Assembly (NCBI GenBank): GCA_030765505.1
Contig: JAVCCL010000043.1
Location: forward strand, 5,686-69,685
DNA: 64,000 bases
Direction of reading: 5' to 3'
DNA from: Candidatus Kaelpia imicola
Lineage (GTDB): Bacteria; Omnitrophota; Gorgyraeia; Kaelpiales; Kaelpiaceae
Positions 47,219-55,166 of the stretch are shown here, one piece after another. A program made the position numbers and the translations under genes. Each line of letters starts with the position of its first letter. Positions within the stretch are counted from its first letter, which is position 1. The notes under the pieces were generated by a model that was not told the origin of the DNA, ran no database searches, and saw nothing but the letters and a program-made list of their open reading frames with translations.

Positions 47219-47278
47219 TTGACAAAGCCGTTAGGATATATCAAAATATATCAAGTAGTATTAAAGTATATTAAGTAG
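47219..47278 (+). promoter_or_regulatory. TTGACA -35 element followed by two pairs of direct repeats (ATATATCAA x2 at 47236 and 47246; ATATYAAGTAG x2 at 47248 and 47268), a putative operator/iteron array
   Basis: The repeat copies are spaced 10 and 20 nt apart (one and two helical turns). They lie immediately upstream of the HTH gene, whose ATG is at 47285. The -10 (CAAAAT at 17-nt spacing) is weak. Confidence 0.35.
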
Positions 47279-47284
47279 GGACAA

Positions 47285-47476
47285 ATGATTATTAACGAAG
47301 AAAAGAAATTCTACTCAGTAAGAGAGGTTGCCGGTTATCTCGGTATATCCAAACAGACGCTCCTTAGATATGAGAAGAGAGGGATTTCCCCTAAGGCTAG
47401 GCGTAATCCAATAAATAGATGGAGAGAGTATAGCTGGATAGACATCCAAAAATTAAAAAGAATTCTTGGCAGATGA
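47285..47476 (+). CDS. small HTH DNA-binding protein (HTH_17 excisionase/AlpA/MerR-like)
   Basis: YSVREVAGYLGISKQTLLRYEKRG...NRWREYSWIDIQKL fits the excisionase-family HTH. It is 63 aa long, and its stop overlaps the start of the next gene (ATGA). Confidence 0.55.
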   Translation: MIINEEKKFYSVREVAGYLGISKQTLLRYEKRGISPKARRNPINRWREYSWIDIQKLKRILGR

Positions 47477-47946
47477 TAAGGAATATTTTTTTTATTTTAA
47501 TATTTTTATTATTGTTATATCCTTTTAAAGAGGTTTACTCTCAAGAAAAAGAATCAAGGCTGAGAAATCCTTTTTTAACATCCGAAGAAGAGATGAAAAT
47601 ACTTGGAATTAAACCTACTAAAGCGAAAGGCCGGAAGATTATTCCTTTAGAGAAGCTCAATCTTTCCGGAATCATATATGGAGAAAAAAAAATCGCTATA
47701 ATTAACTCTGAGTTTTACAACGAAGGTGATCTGATAGGAAATTTTACCATTAAAAAGATAGAGCCTTTGAGCGTAATTTTAAATACAGAGAGACGTGAAT
47801 ACGAACTCAAGCTCAAGCATGTTTTGGCTGCAGTAAAAGAGCCTAAAGAGGATCTGGAAAAAGAGACGGTCAAAGAGAAAGAGGATGTTAGCAGGGAAGA
47901 GTGGTCTGATGATATAATTGAGCAATTGCTTGGAGCAACGGAATGA
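47473..47946 (+). CDS. PilP/GspC-HR-domain protein (secretin N0-binding partner)
   Basis: It has an N-terminal membrane anchor. The C-terminal beta-domain LSGIIYGEKKIAIINSEFYNEGDLIGNFTIKKIEPLSVIL matches the PilP/GspC homology region. It overlaps the secretin start by 4 nt. Confidence 0.55.
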   Translation: MIRNIFFILIFLLLLYPFKEVYSQEKESRLRNPFLTSEEEMKILGIKPTKAKGRKIIPLEKLNLSGIIYGEKKIAIINSEFYNEGDLIGNFTIKKIEPLSVILNTERREYELKLKHVLAAVKEPKEDLEKETVKEKEDVSREEWSDDIIEQLLGATE

Positions 47947-50900
47947 TTAGAAATATAATATATTTTCTATCTCTGCTTTCATTGTTAATATTCCCTCCTA
48001 TATTAAATGCTCAGATAGCTTCTGACTTGATGGATGATGATGGTGTGTCTGACAAGCTTACCAAGAACATAAAGATTGAACAGAAAGCCGGCAATCTATA
48101 CAACGTCGAGTTTAGAAATGCGGATATTAAAGATATTATAAGATATTTTGCCCATGAGTATGGACTCAATATTATAGCCGACAAAGATGTTGAAGGTACT
48201 GTTACTGCAAGTCTTGGCAATGTTACCATAAAGCAGGCTTTGGGCCAGATTCTTGATTCTCAGAATTATACTATGATTGAAATAGATAATGTGATTCGTG
48301 TTAAAGCAAAGCTTTCTCCTGTTACGACTTTTAAGCTTCACAATGTTTCAGCCGCAGATATATCAGATAACATGGTTTCTCTTTTGGGGTCAGAAGGCAA
48401 GATGGTTATTGATGAGGTAACCAACTCTATCATGGTGACCGATAGTGATGATAATATTAATATAATGAGGAATTTTATTGAAGGTGTTGATGTAAAAGGG
48501 AGGCAGGTCTTGATAGAAACAAAGTTTGTTGAGACTACCCTGAATACTTCAAAGAATCTCGGCGTAGAGTGGGGGACCACAATTACTGTTCAAGGTGCAG
48601 CCCGGCCGCATACTTTTCCTTTTGGCTCTACAGGTGATAAGTATGCCTTTGGTAATGAAAATGCGCAGATTGGAACAGACGAGGAAGAGAGAAGTAATAT
48701 TGCCGGTTTTCCTGTTGCTGGTAGCGGGGAGTATACATTCGGTACTCTTGATTTTGCACAATTCAAGGCAGTCTTAAAAGCACTTCTAACTGATGACGAT
48801 ACCAAGATTATCTCCAATCCTCAGGTTGCAACATTAAATAATAGACTGGCTACGATAGGTGTCACGACAGAGTATCCTCTTCCTACTTATGAGGTTGATA
48901 GCAGTACCGGGGAGTTGACCGTATCCGGTTATGAATATAAAAATATTGGAATTACACTCAATGTTACCCCTTTTATTGCAAGCGATGATTATATAACTAT
49001 GACTATAGAGCCGACAGTAGGTACTGTGGGTGAGACGATTAGCGTTGGAGATACCGGGTTTAAGCTTCCCATAATAAGTTCTAAAACCGCCACTACGAAA
49101 GTGACTATAAAGAACGGAGAGACTATTGTAATAGGCGGTCTTATCAGTACCGAAAAGATAAAGTCCACGACCAAAGTGCCTCTGTTGGGCAGCATACCTC
49201 TTTTAGGTAAGCTTTTTTCTTATGAGGGGACTAGTGACTATAGCTCAGAACTTTTAATATTTGTTACGCCTCACATTCTTAACCTTGAAGGAGACGAAGA
49301 GCTCAAGAGGGAAAAGATAGATGAGCTATACGAAGATATAGATAGGTTGATGTTTGATGAAGACTACGGGGCTGTTATATCTAAGGTTGACGAGATTTTA
49401 GAGTTAGACAAAGGAGAAGAGAGAGCTAAAGATTTAAAGGTTAAAGCCGAAGAGAATATCAAGCAGAAAGAGAAAGAGGAAGAGGGGAAGGCGGAAGAGA
49501 GAGAGGCATTTTTGAGATCCCTTTGGAGGGAGGCCAATAGTCTCTATGCAGGGGGGGAGTATCAGCAGGCAAAGGATAAGTATATCTATATTCTGGCAGA
49601 GAGCCCTGATGATAAGATGGCGGTTAAAATGCTCAAGAGGTCTCAGGAAAAGGTAGAGGCTATTAAGGAAAACGATTTGTACTCACTTATCAGAGAAGGC
49701 AAATCTTATTATAGAGAGAATGATTTTAATAAAGCTCTGGCCTCTTTTAGAGAAGCTTTAGTTATAGATCCTACAAACAGAGCTATTTCAAATTATATAG
49801 TTGATATTGAATTAAAGTTAACCCAGGAAGAATTAGGTAAGGTTGAGAAGCCGCTTGAAGAGATAGAGAGAGAGAAGAGAGTCCAATCTCTCTGGGAGGA
49901 GGCGAATAGTTTTTATGCAGCTATGAATTATGAGGGAGCCCGTAATATCTATACTCGGATACTCGCTTTAGAGTCTGACAATAAATCTGCCATGGATATG
50001 CTTAAGAGATCCGAAGAGAAGATAGGACAGCAATTGAGCGAGAGAGCATCCGCTCTCCTTCTTAGCGCTGAGAAGTCTTTTAGGAAGAGAGAGTATTCTC
50101 AGGCTTTAGAGAGTTACTATAGTGTTCTTCAAATAGACCCTGATAATGAAGATGCAGAACTTGGTATTACCGAACTGAACAAATATATTCAGGAGAGAGA
50201 AGAAGATAAGCAGGTTGCCTTGGATCTTAATAGGGCTTTAAAACTATATCAGGGCGGTAGTTATAGCGAAGCAAAGTTTGTATTAGATAAGATACTTAGT
50301 AAGAGACCTGATAATGAAGAGGCTTCTAAATATAGAAGGCTGTCTATCCAAAAGATAAATAAAGATAAAGATATAGCTCAGCTCTGGGAGGAAGCAAATA
50401 GATATTATACTGCCAGGGATTATGAAAGAGCCCTTGATATCTATACCCAGATACTTGCGTTAGAGCCTGACAGCAGGTCTGCTATGGATATGCTTGATAG
50501 ATGCGAGGATAAGCTAAAAGTTGAGAAAGACGAAGTACTTAGTTCTCTGCTTGTTAAGGCTAGAAAATCTTCGAGGAAGAAGGATTATACGGGGGCTTTA
50601 AGCTATTTTGAAAAGGTTCTTGAGATTGATCCCGGTAATAGAGAGGCGGATAGTGAGATAGTTGAGATTCAAGGATTGATAGAACAGGAGACTTTTAAAA
50701 AGAGTCTGGATAAAGCTCTGCTGAGTGCTAAGAGTCTATATAAACAGGGCAGCTTTAAGGAGGCTAAGATTATATTAAACGGAATCATAGAGAAGAGCCC
50801 AGAGAACAGAGAGGCCTTGGGATATCTTGAGCTCTGCTCGCTTAAGATAGCCAAAGAGAAAAAAACGGCTTTATTATGGCAAGAGGCTGATACTCTTTTT

Positions 50901-53090
50901 TCTAAAGGTGATTATGGGTTGGCGCGTCAAAAGTATGCTCAGATTCTCTCTATAGATTCAGGTGGGAAGGTAGCTTTGGTTAAAATAAATAAATGTGAGG
51001 AGAAGCTTGAGAAGGCAGAAGAGCGGAAGATAGCTGCTTTACTTACTTCAGGTAGGATTGAGTATAAGAGAAAAGAATATTTGAAAGCACTGGAACGCTT
51101 TGAAAAGGTTTTAAAGTTAGACCCTGCTAATCAGGATGCGGTAACTGAGATGATAAAAGTGGAGAACGCGCTTAAAGAGCAGAGCTGGCCTCAAGAAGAA
51201 AAATTAGATTCTGCTGATTTAAGGTCTAAGATTGCTGAGAGTGAAAGAGCGAGTCAGCTCTGGGAGGAAGCCAACAAGCTATATGCTGAAAGAGCATATC
51301 TTAAGGCGCTTAAGAAGTATGCTAGCATTGTAACTATTGAACCTGAAAATCAGTCTGCTCTTGAGATGCTGAATAGATGCGAAGATAAGATTGAGATTAA
51401 AAGGAGTAGAGAGGTTTCATCTCTTTTAGTTATGGGCGAGAAGGCAAGGAGGAGCGGCAATTACGATAAGGCACTGGAGTATTTTGAACGAGTTTTAGAG
51501 TTGGAGCCTGCCAATAAAGAGGCTGATGGTAAAATTCTGGAGATAGCCTTGCAAAAGGATGGTAAAAGAGGGGCTAAGAAGAAGAGCCTTGAATTGGCTA
51601 AAAGAGAGAGCAAGGAAGAGGAGCTGAAGATCTTATGGGAAGAAGCAAACATGTATTACAGTCAGAAAGATTTTAAGTCTGCCTGGGATAAATATGCCGA
51701 CATTCTCTCTCTTGACCCAGAAGATAAGATTGCCAATGATATGCTTAATAGATGCGAGGATAGGCTCTATGAGACTAAAGTAAAAGAGATCTCATCCTTG
51801 CTTCTATCTGCCTCAAGAGAGTTTCGTAATAAAAATTATGATAGAGCTCTTAAATATTATCAGGATGTTCTTCAGATAGACCCTGACAGCAAAGAAGCAA
51901 GAAGGAGTATAGAGGATATCTATAAGAGTATGAGGTCTCTTGAGATGGCAGAGAGGGTTAAAGGCGATCTGGTTAAAGCGAAATCTCTTTATAGTAAAGG
52001 AAGGTTTAAAGAAGCGGAGATCATGTTGGATGAGTTATTAAAATTAGATTCTAAAAATAGAGAGATTCAGAAGTATCTTACTTTGACAATCGAGGCTATA
52101 AGGCAAAAACAGGATTTAAAAAATTTCTGGGAGGAAGCCAATAGTCTCTATGCCGAGGGAGAGTATGAGTTAGCCTGGAGGAAGTATAGCGATATTCTTG
52201 TAATTGACTCTAACGATGAAGTTGCTCGTCAGATGGTCAAAAAGTGCCGGAGTAAGATCCAGCAGTATAATATAAAAGAGATTTCGGCTTTACTCTCTGC
52301 AGGAGAGAAATATTTAGTTAAAGGCGAGAATCAGAAGGCATTGAATTACTTTATGAGAGTTTTAGAGTTGGACCCTGCCAATAAAGGGGCGGAAGAGAAT
52401 ATCTCCAAAATAAAAGATAGTCTTAGGGCTGAAGAGATAGAGCCTTATAAGGGCAAAAGAGAAAAAGAGATAGGTGCATTATATCTAAGCGGTGTTAAAA
52501 ATTATGATAAGGCTGATTATGATAAGGCTATATATCTTTTTGAGAAGGTTTTAATAGCTGATCCTACTCATGAGAATGCATATCGATATTTAGAGATGGC
52601 CCATAAGAGAAAGAGTATGGCTGAGAGTGAAGTTGCAGTAGAGGTTGATTTCAAAACAGCTGTTGAGGATGTTATCTCTATAGAAGATATATTAGAAGAG
52701 AAGAGTTTGACAGAAAAAGAGATAAGAGAGTTATATAGAGGAGCAGTAAGATTATACAAGAAGAAGGAGTATCAGAAGGCCTTGGATAAATTTAGATCTT
52801 TATCTCAATTAGACTCCAAATATCAAAAGGCATCCAAGAAAAAGATCAAGGCATGTTTGGAAAAGATAAGAAAACCACTTCCCTTGGATAAAGTTGAAGA
52901 GAAGTACCAGCTTGGCTTGGATTACTTTAAAAAAGATCTCTACAAGAAGAGTATTCAGCTTTTCTTAGAGGTGTTGGACTTAAAGCCTAAATATAAAGAT
53001 GCCAGAAAGTATCTTAAGTTATCAAGGGATAGGCTTCAGATGATGGACTCACTTGGTGATTTCGAGCAGGCTGCTATTGAGGATAAATGA
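47943..53090 (+). CDS. secretin (GspD/PilQ family) with a ~1240-aa C-terminal extension of TPR-like repeats
   Basis: The N-terminal part carries a signal peptide and an N0 domain (FRNADIKDIIRYFAHEYGLNII). An N1 domain (FKLHNVSAADISDNMVSLLG...VTDSDDNINIMRNFIEGVD) follows. The secretin core ends in the canonical VPLLGSIPLLGKLF...ELLIFVTPHIL at about aa 445. The remainder is a degenerate repeat array: LWEEANxxYxxxxYxxAxxxYxxILxLxPxxxxAxxMLxRCEDK alternating with SLLxxxxxxxxxxxYxxALxYFxxVLxxDPxNxEA units, at least 16 TPR-like units in all. Confidence 0.85.
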   Translation: MIRNIIYFLSLLSLLIFPPILNAQIASDLMDDDGVSDKLTKNIKIEQKAGNLYNVEFRNADIKDIIRYFAHEYGLNIIADKDVEGTVTASLGNVTIKQALGQILDSQNYTMIEIDNVIRVKAKLSPVTTFKLHNVSAADISDNMVSLLGSEGKMVIDEVTNSIMVTDSDDNINIMRNFIEGVDVKGRQVLIETKFVETTLNTSKNLGVEWGTTITVQGAARPHTFPFGSTGDKYAFGNENAQIGTDEEERSNIAGFPVAGSGEYTFGTLDFAQFKAVLKALLTDDDTKIISNPQVATLNNRLATIGVTTEYPLPTYEVDSSTGELTVSGYEYKNIGITLNVTPFIASDDYITMTIEPTVGTVGETISVGDTGFKLPIISSKTATTKVTIKNGETIVIGGLISTEKIKSTTKVPLLGSIPLLGKLFSYEGTSDYSSELLIFVTPHILNLEGDEELKREKIDELYEDIDRLMFDEDYGAVISKVDEILELDKGEERAKDLKVKAEENIKQKEKEEEGKAEEREAFLRSLWREANSLYAGGEYQQAKDKYIYILAESPDDKMAVKMLKRSQEKVEAIKENDLYSLIREGKSYYRENDFNKALASFREALVIDPTNRAISNYIVDIELKLTQEELGKVEKPLEEIEREKRVQSLWEEANSFYAAMNYEGARNIYTRILALESDNKSAMDMLKRSEEKIGQQLSERASALLLSAEKSFRKREYSQALESYYSVLQIDPDNEDAELGITELNKYIQEREEDKQVALDLNRALKLYQGGSYSEAKFVLDKILSKRPDNEEASKYRRLSIQKINKDKDIAQLWEEANRYYTARDYERALDIYTQILALEPDSRSAMDMLDRCEDKLKVEKDEVLSSLLVKARKSSRKKDYTGALSYFEKVLEIDPGNREADSEIVEIQGLIEQETFKKSLDKALLSAKSLYKQGSFKEAKIILNGIIEKSPENREALGYLELCSLKIAKEKKTALLWQEADTLFSKGDYGLARQKYAQILSIDSGGKVALVKINKCEEKLEKAEERKIAALLTSGRIEYKRKEYLKALERFEKVLKLDPANQDAVTEMIKVENALKEQSWPQEEKLDSADLRSKIAESERASQLWEEANKLYAERAYLKALKKYASIVTIEPENQSALEMLNRCEDKIEIKRSREVSSLLVMGEKARRSGNYDKALEYFERVLELEPANKEADGKILEIALQKDGKRGAKKKSLELAKRESKEEELKILWEEANMYYSQKDFKSAWDKYADILSLDPEDKIANDMLNRCEDRLYETKVKEISSLLLSASREFRNKNYDRALKYYQDVLQIDPDSKEARRSIEDIYKSMRSLEMAERVKGDLVKAKSLYSKGRFKEAEIMLDELLKLDSKNREIQKYLTLTIEAIRQKQDLKNFWEEANSLYAEGEYELAWRKYSDILVIDSNDEVARQMVKKCRSKIQQYNIKEISALLSAGEKYLVKGENQKALNYFMRVLELDPANKGAEENISKIKDSLRAEEIEPYKGKREKEIGALYLSGVKNYDKADYDKAIYLFEKVLIADPTHENAYRYLEMAHKRKSMAESEVAVEVDFKTAVEDVISIEDILEEKSLTEKEIRELYRGAVRLYKKKEYQKALDKFRSLSQLDSKYQKASKKKIKACLEKIRKPLPLDKVEEKYQLGLDYFKKDLYKKSIQLFLEVLDLKPKYKDARKYLKLSRDRLQMMDSLGDFEQAAIEDK
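49380..53060 (+). repeat. intragenic array of degenerate ~34-aa TPR-like repeats in ~130-aa super-repeats (at least 9 LWEEAN-type units) within the secretin gene
   Basis: The recurring protein motifs are LWEEAN, ILALEPD and MLNRCEDK. Recurring DNA strings include ctctgggaggaagc and agatgcgagga. Confidence 0.8.
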
Positions 53091-53410
53091 ATTTTAAAGA
53101 GAGTAAGGTCCGCATAATATTAGATAAAAATTTTAAAGATGACCCCATTATTATTATTCGGGGCAGTGTTATAGACGAAAATGATAACGGAATTCTGGTA
53201 ACAGGCAGAATCTTCATGAAGGTGGTCGAAGATGGAAGAATGGTTGAGAAACCTATTGATAATGAGACAAAACTGCTATTTACTCCCTTTAAAAGTATAA
53301 GGTTTCTGGAGTTTGTTATAGCCGGTTCTAAATATGATGCTCTGCATAAAAAGGTTTTAAAAGAGGCTCCTCTTGACTCTTCCCAGATCAACAGGGAAGG
53401 GGCATTTTAA
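53087..53410 (+). CDS. hypothetical 107-aa cytoplasmic protein translationally coupled to the secretin gene (ATGA overlap)
   Basis: It has no signal peptide. The segment IIIIRGSVIDENDNGILVTGRIF could be a degenerate PilZ-like beta-barrel segment, which is speculative. Confidence 0.4.
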   Translation: MNFKESKVRIILDKNFKDDPIIIIRGSVIDENDNGILVTGRIFMKVVEDGRMVEKPIDNETKLLFTPFKSIRFLEFVIAGSKYDALHKKVLKEAPLDSSQINREGAF

Positions 53411-53437
53411 TAATATCAAATATCAAAAAATATAGAG

Positions 53438-54439
53438 ATGATGAGTAATATCTGTGTATTGGGAGATGGCGGCTGGGGAACGACGGTGGCAATCTTATTA
53501 CAGCAGAAAGGTCATCAGGTTACTCTTTGGAGTTATGATCCTGATTATGCTTTGATTCTGGATAAAGAGAGAGAGAATAAGAGATTTTTCCCGGGTATTA
53601 AAATCCCCCCAGGGATAAGCATTACTTCAAATCTTAGTCTGGCAGTATCAGATAAAGAGATTATTATTCTAGCTGTTCCATCTATATATATAAGAGCTGT
53701 TTTGAGCAGGCTATCTGGATTTAAGAAAGATATTATCTTTGTCAGCCTTGCAAAAGGTATAGAGCAGGAGAGTTTTAAGCGTGTTTCTGAAATAATCTGT
53801 GAGGAGTTGGATAAAGTCAAAATGGCAGTTCTCTCCGGTCCGGCCATAGCATATGAAGTTGCTAAAAAGAGTCCCTCCAGCGTTGTTGTTGCTTCAGAAG
53901 ATGACCGGGTTGCTAAAATAGTGCAGGAGTTATTCTTTACCCCCGTTTTCAGGGTCTATACAAGCAGTGACGTTATAGGTCTTGAGCTAGGAGGTGCTTT
54001 AAAGAATGTTATTGCCATAGCAGCGGGGATATGCGATGGACTTGGATTTGGAACCAACACAAAGGCAGCCTTATTATCCCGTGGATTGGCAGAGATGGTT
54101 AGGTTCGGCAGGAGCCAAGGTGCTCTATCAGAGACTCTCTTTGGTTTGAGCGGATTGGGTGATATGGTAACAACCTCTTTTAGCTTAAAGAGTAGGAATA
54201 GGACTTTGGGAGAGGAGATAGGCAGGGGTGCTAAGTTAGATGATGTATTAAGGAACAAAAATACTGTAGCAGAGGGAATATATACAGTTAAAGCGCTGCA
54301 TGGTTTTACAAAAAGCAGCAAGATAGAGATGCCTATTGCAGAGCAGATTTATCGAGTGCTTTATAATAATAAAGATCCTTATAAAGCAGTCTCTGATTTA
54401 ATGGCCAGAGAAGCAAAGCCAGAGTCCTATAGTTGTTGA
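53438..54439 (+). CDS. gpsA: NAD(P)H-dependent glycerol-3-phosphate dehydrogenase
   Basis: The Rossmann motif ICVLGDGGWGTTVAILL and the conserved C-terminal substrate-binding region are present. Confidence 0.9.
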   Translation: MMSNICVLGDGGWGTTVAILLQQKGHQVTLWSYDPDYALILDKERENKRFFPGIKIPPGISITSNLSLAVSDKEIIILAVPSIYIRAVLSRLSGFKKDIIFVSLAKGIEQESFKRVSEIICEELDKVKMAVLSGPAIAYEVAKKSPSSVVVASEDDRVAKIVQELFFTPVFRVYTSSDVIGLELGGALKNVIAIAAGICDGLGFGTNTKAALLSRGLAEMVRFGRSQGALSETLFGLSGLGDMVTTSFSLKSRNRTLGEEIGRGAKLDDVLRNKNTVAEGIYTVKALHGFTKSSKIEMPIAEQIYRVLYNNKDPYKAVSDLMAREAKPESYSC

Positions 54440-54472
54440 TTTTTAACTCTAATATGCAGTATGTTTATTTAG

Positions 54473-54547
54473 CGGGGCGTAGCGCAGCATGGCTAGCGCG
54501 CCTGAATGGGGTTCAGGAGGTCGGGAGTTCGAGTCTCCCCGCCCCGA
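54473..54547 (+). tRNA. tRNA-Pro (GGG)
   Basis: The acceptor stem CGGGGCG/CGCCCCG with a C1:G72 pair is typical of bacterial tRNA-Pro. The anticodon stem is CCTGA/TCAGG and the loop ATGGGGT (GGG at 54508-54510, G37). The T-arm is GGGAG-TTCGAGT-CTCCC. Confidence 0.85.
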
Positions 54548-54636
54548 TTTACCTTTGCAACTTAAGGTTGTAAGATAATAATAAGATATGGTAACATATA
54601 TAAAATAGTTCAACCTTTTAACAAGAGGAGGCATGT

Positions 54637-54780
54637 ATGGAAGCATATTGTGTAAAGTGTAAATCAAAAAAAGAGATGCAGGAAGGAGAAGAGGTTACTC
54701 TTAAGAACGGCCGTAGAGCTATGAAGGGGAAGTGTCCTGATTGCGGTACGTCTTTATTTCGCATTCTAGGTTCTAAATAG
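54637..54780 (+). CDS. small zinc-ribbon protein (DUF5679-like), missed by the ORF track at its 60-aa cutoff
   Basis: An AGGAGG ribosome-binding site lies 6 nt upstream. The translation is MEAYCVKCKSKKEMQEGEEVTLKNGRRAMKGKCPDCGTSLFRILGSK, which follows the CxxC...KNGR...CPxCG pattern. Confidence 0.6.
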   Translation: MEAYCVKCKSKKEMQEGEEVTLKNGRRAMKGKCPDCGTSLFRILGSK

Positions 54781-54799
54781 TGATAGGAAAGTAGCAAGG

Positions 54800-55147
54800 G
54801 TGGATTTATACCGGAAAGCAAAGTTCATTGCCGGTCTTATTCAGGATAAGGACGGAGATGATGTTGTGTTGATACATATGGGTCAAGCAGTGAGCTTTAC
54901 TGTTTTTTTTGTTATCTGCAGTGCTAATTCACACCGGCAAGTTAAAACAATAGTTGATTATATAATCTCAAATACCAAAAAGAATAAGATTAAAATCTGG
55001 CATACTGAAGGTTATGAGAGTGCAGATTGGGTATTGCTTGATTATGGAGATATAGTGGTACATATATTTATGGAAGAGCAGAGATTATTTTATGAGTTAG
55101 AGAGGTTATGGCGCGACCTCCCCTTGGAGCATATTGGGGCAGCTTGA
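54800..55147 (+). CDS. rsfS: ribosomal silencing factor RsfS (Iojap family)
   Basis: It has a GTG start. VVLIHMGQAVSFTVFFVICSANSHRQVKTIVDYI and WVLLDYGDIVVHIFMEEQRLFYELERLW match RsfS. Confidence 0.7.
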   Translation: MDLYRKAKFIAGLIQDKDGDDVVLIHMGQAVSFTVFFVICSANSHRQVKTIVDYIISNTKKNKIKIWHTEGYESADWVLLDYGDIVVHIFMEEQRLFYELERLWRDLPLEHIGAA

Positions 55148-55166
55148 CGGTTAATTTTTTATTGTT

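Noticed and set aside
49380-53060. A possible CRISPR array or nucleotide-level tandem repeat, suggested by recurring strings in the secretin 3' half.
   Set aside because: The repeats are protein-level TPR-like units inside one continuous ORF, with variable-length, non-identical DNA copies. No short identical direct repeats with unique spacers occur anywhere in the window.
54449-54821. Two minus-strand ORFs (54449-54667 and 54618-54821) in the ORF track.
   Set aside because: They overlap tRNA-Pro, the plus-strand DUF5679-like gene (which has an AGGAGG ribosome-binding site) and the rsfS start. They are low-complexity and have no recognisable motifs.
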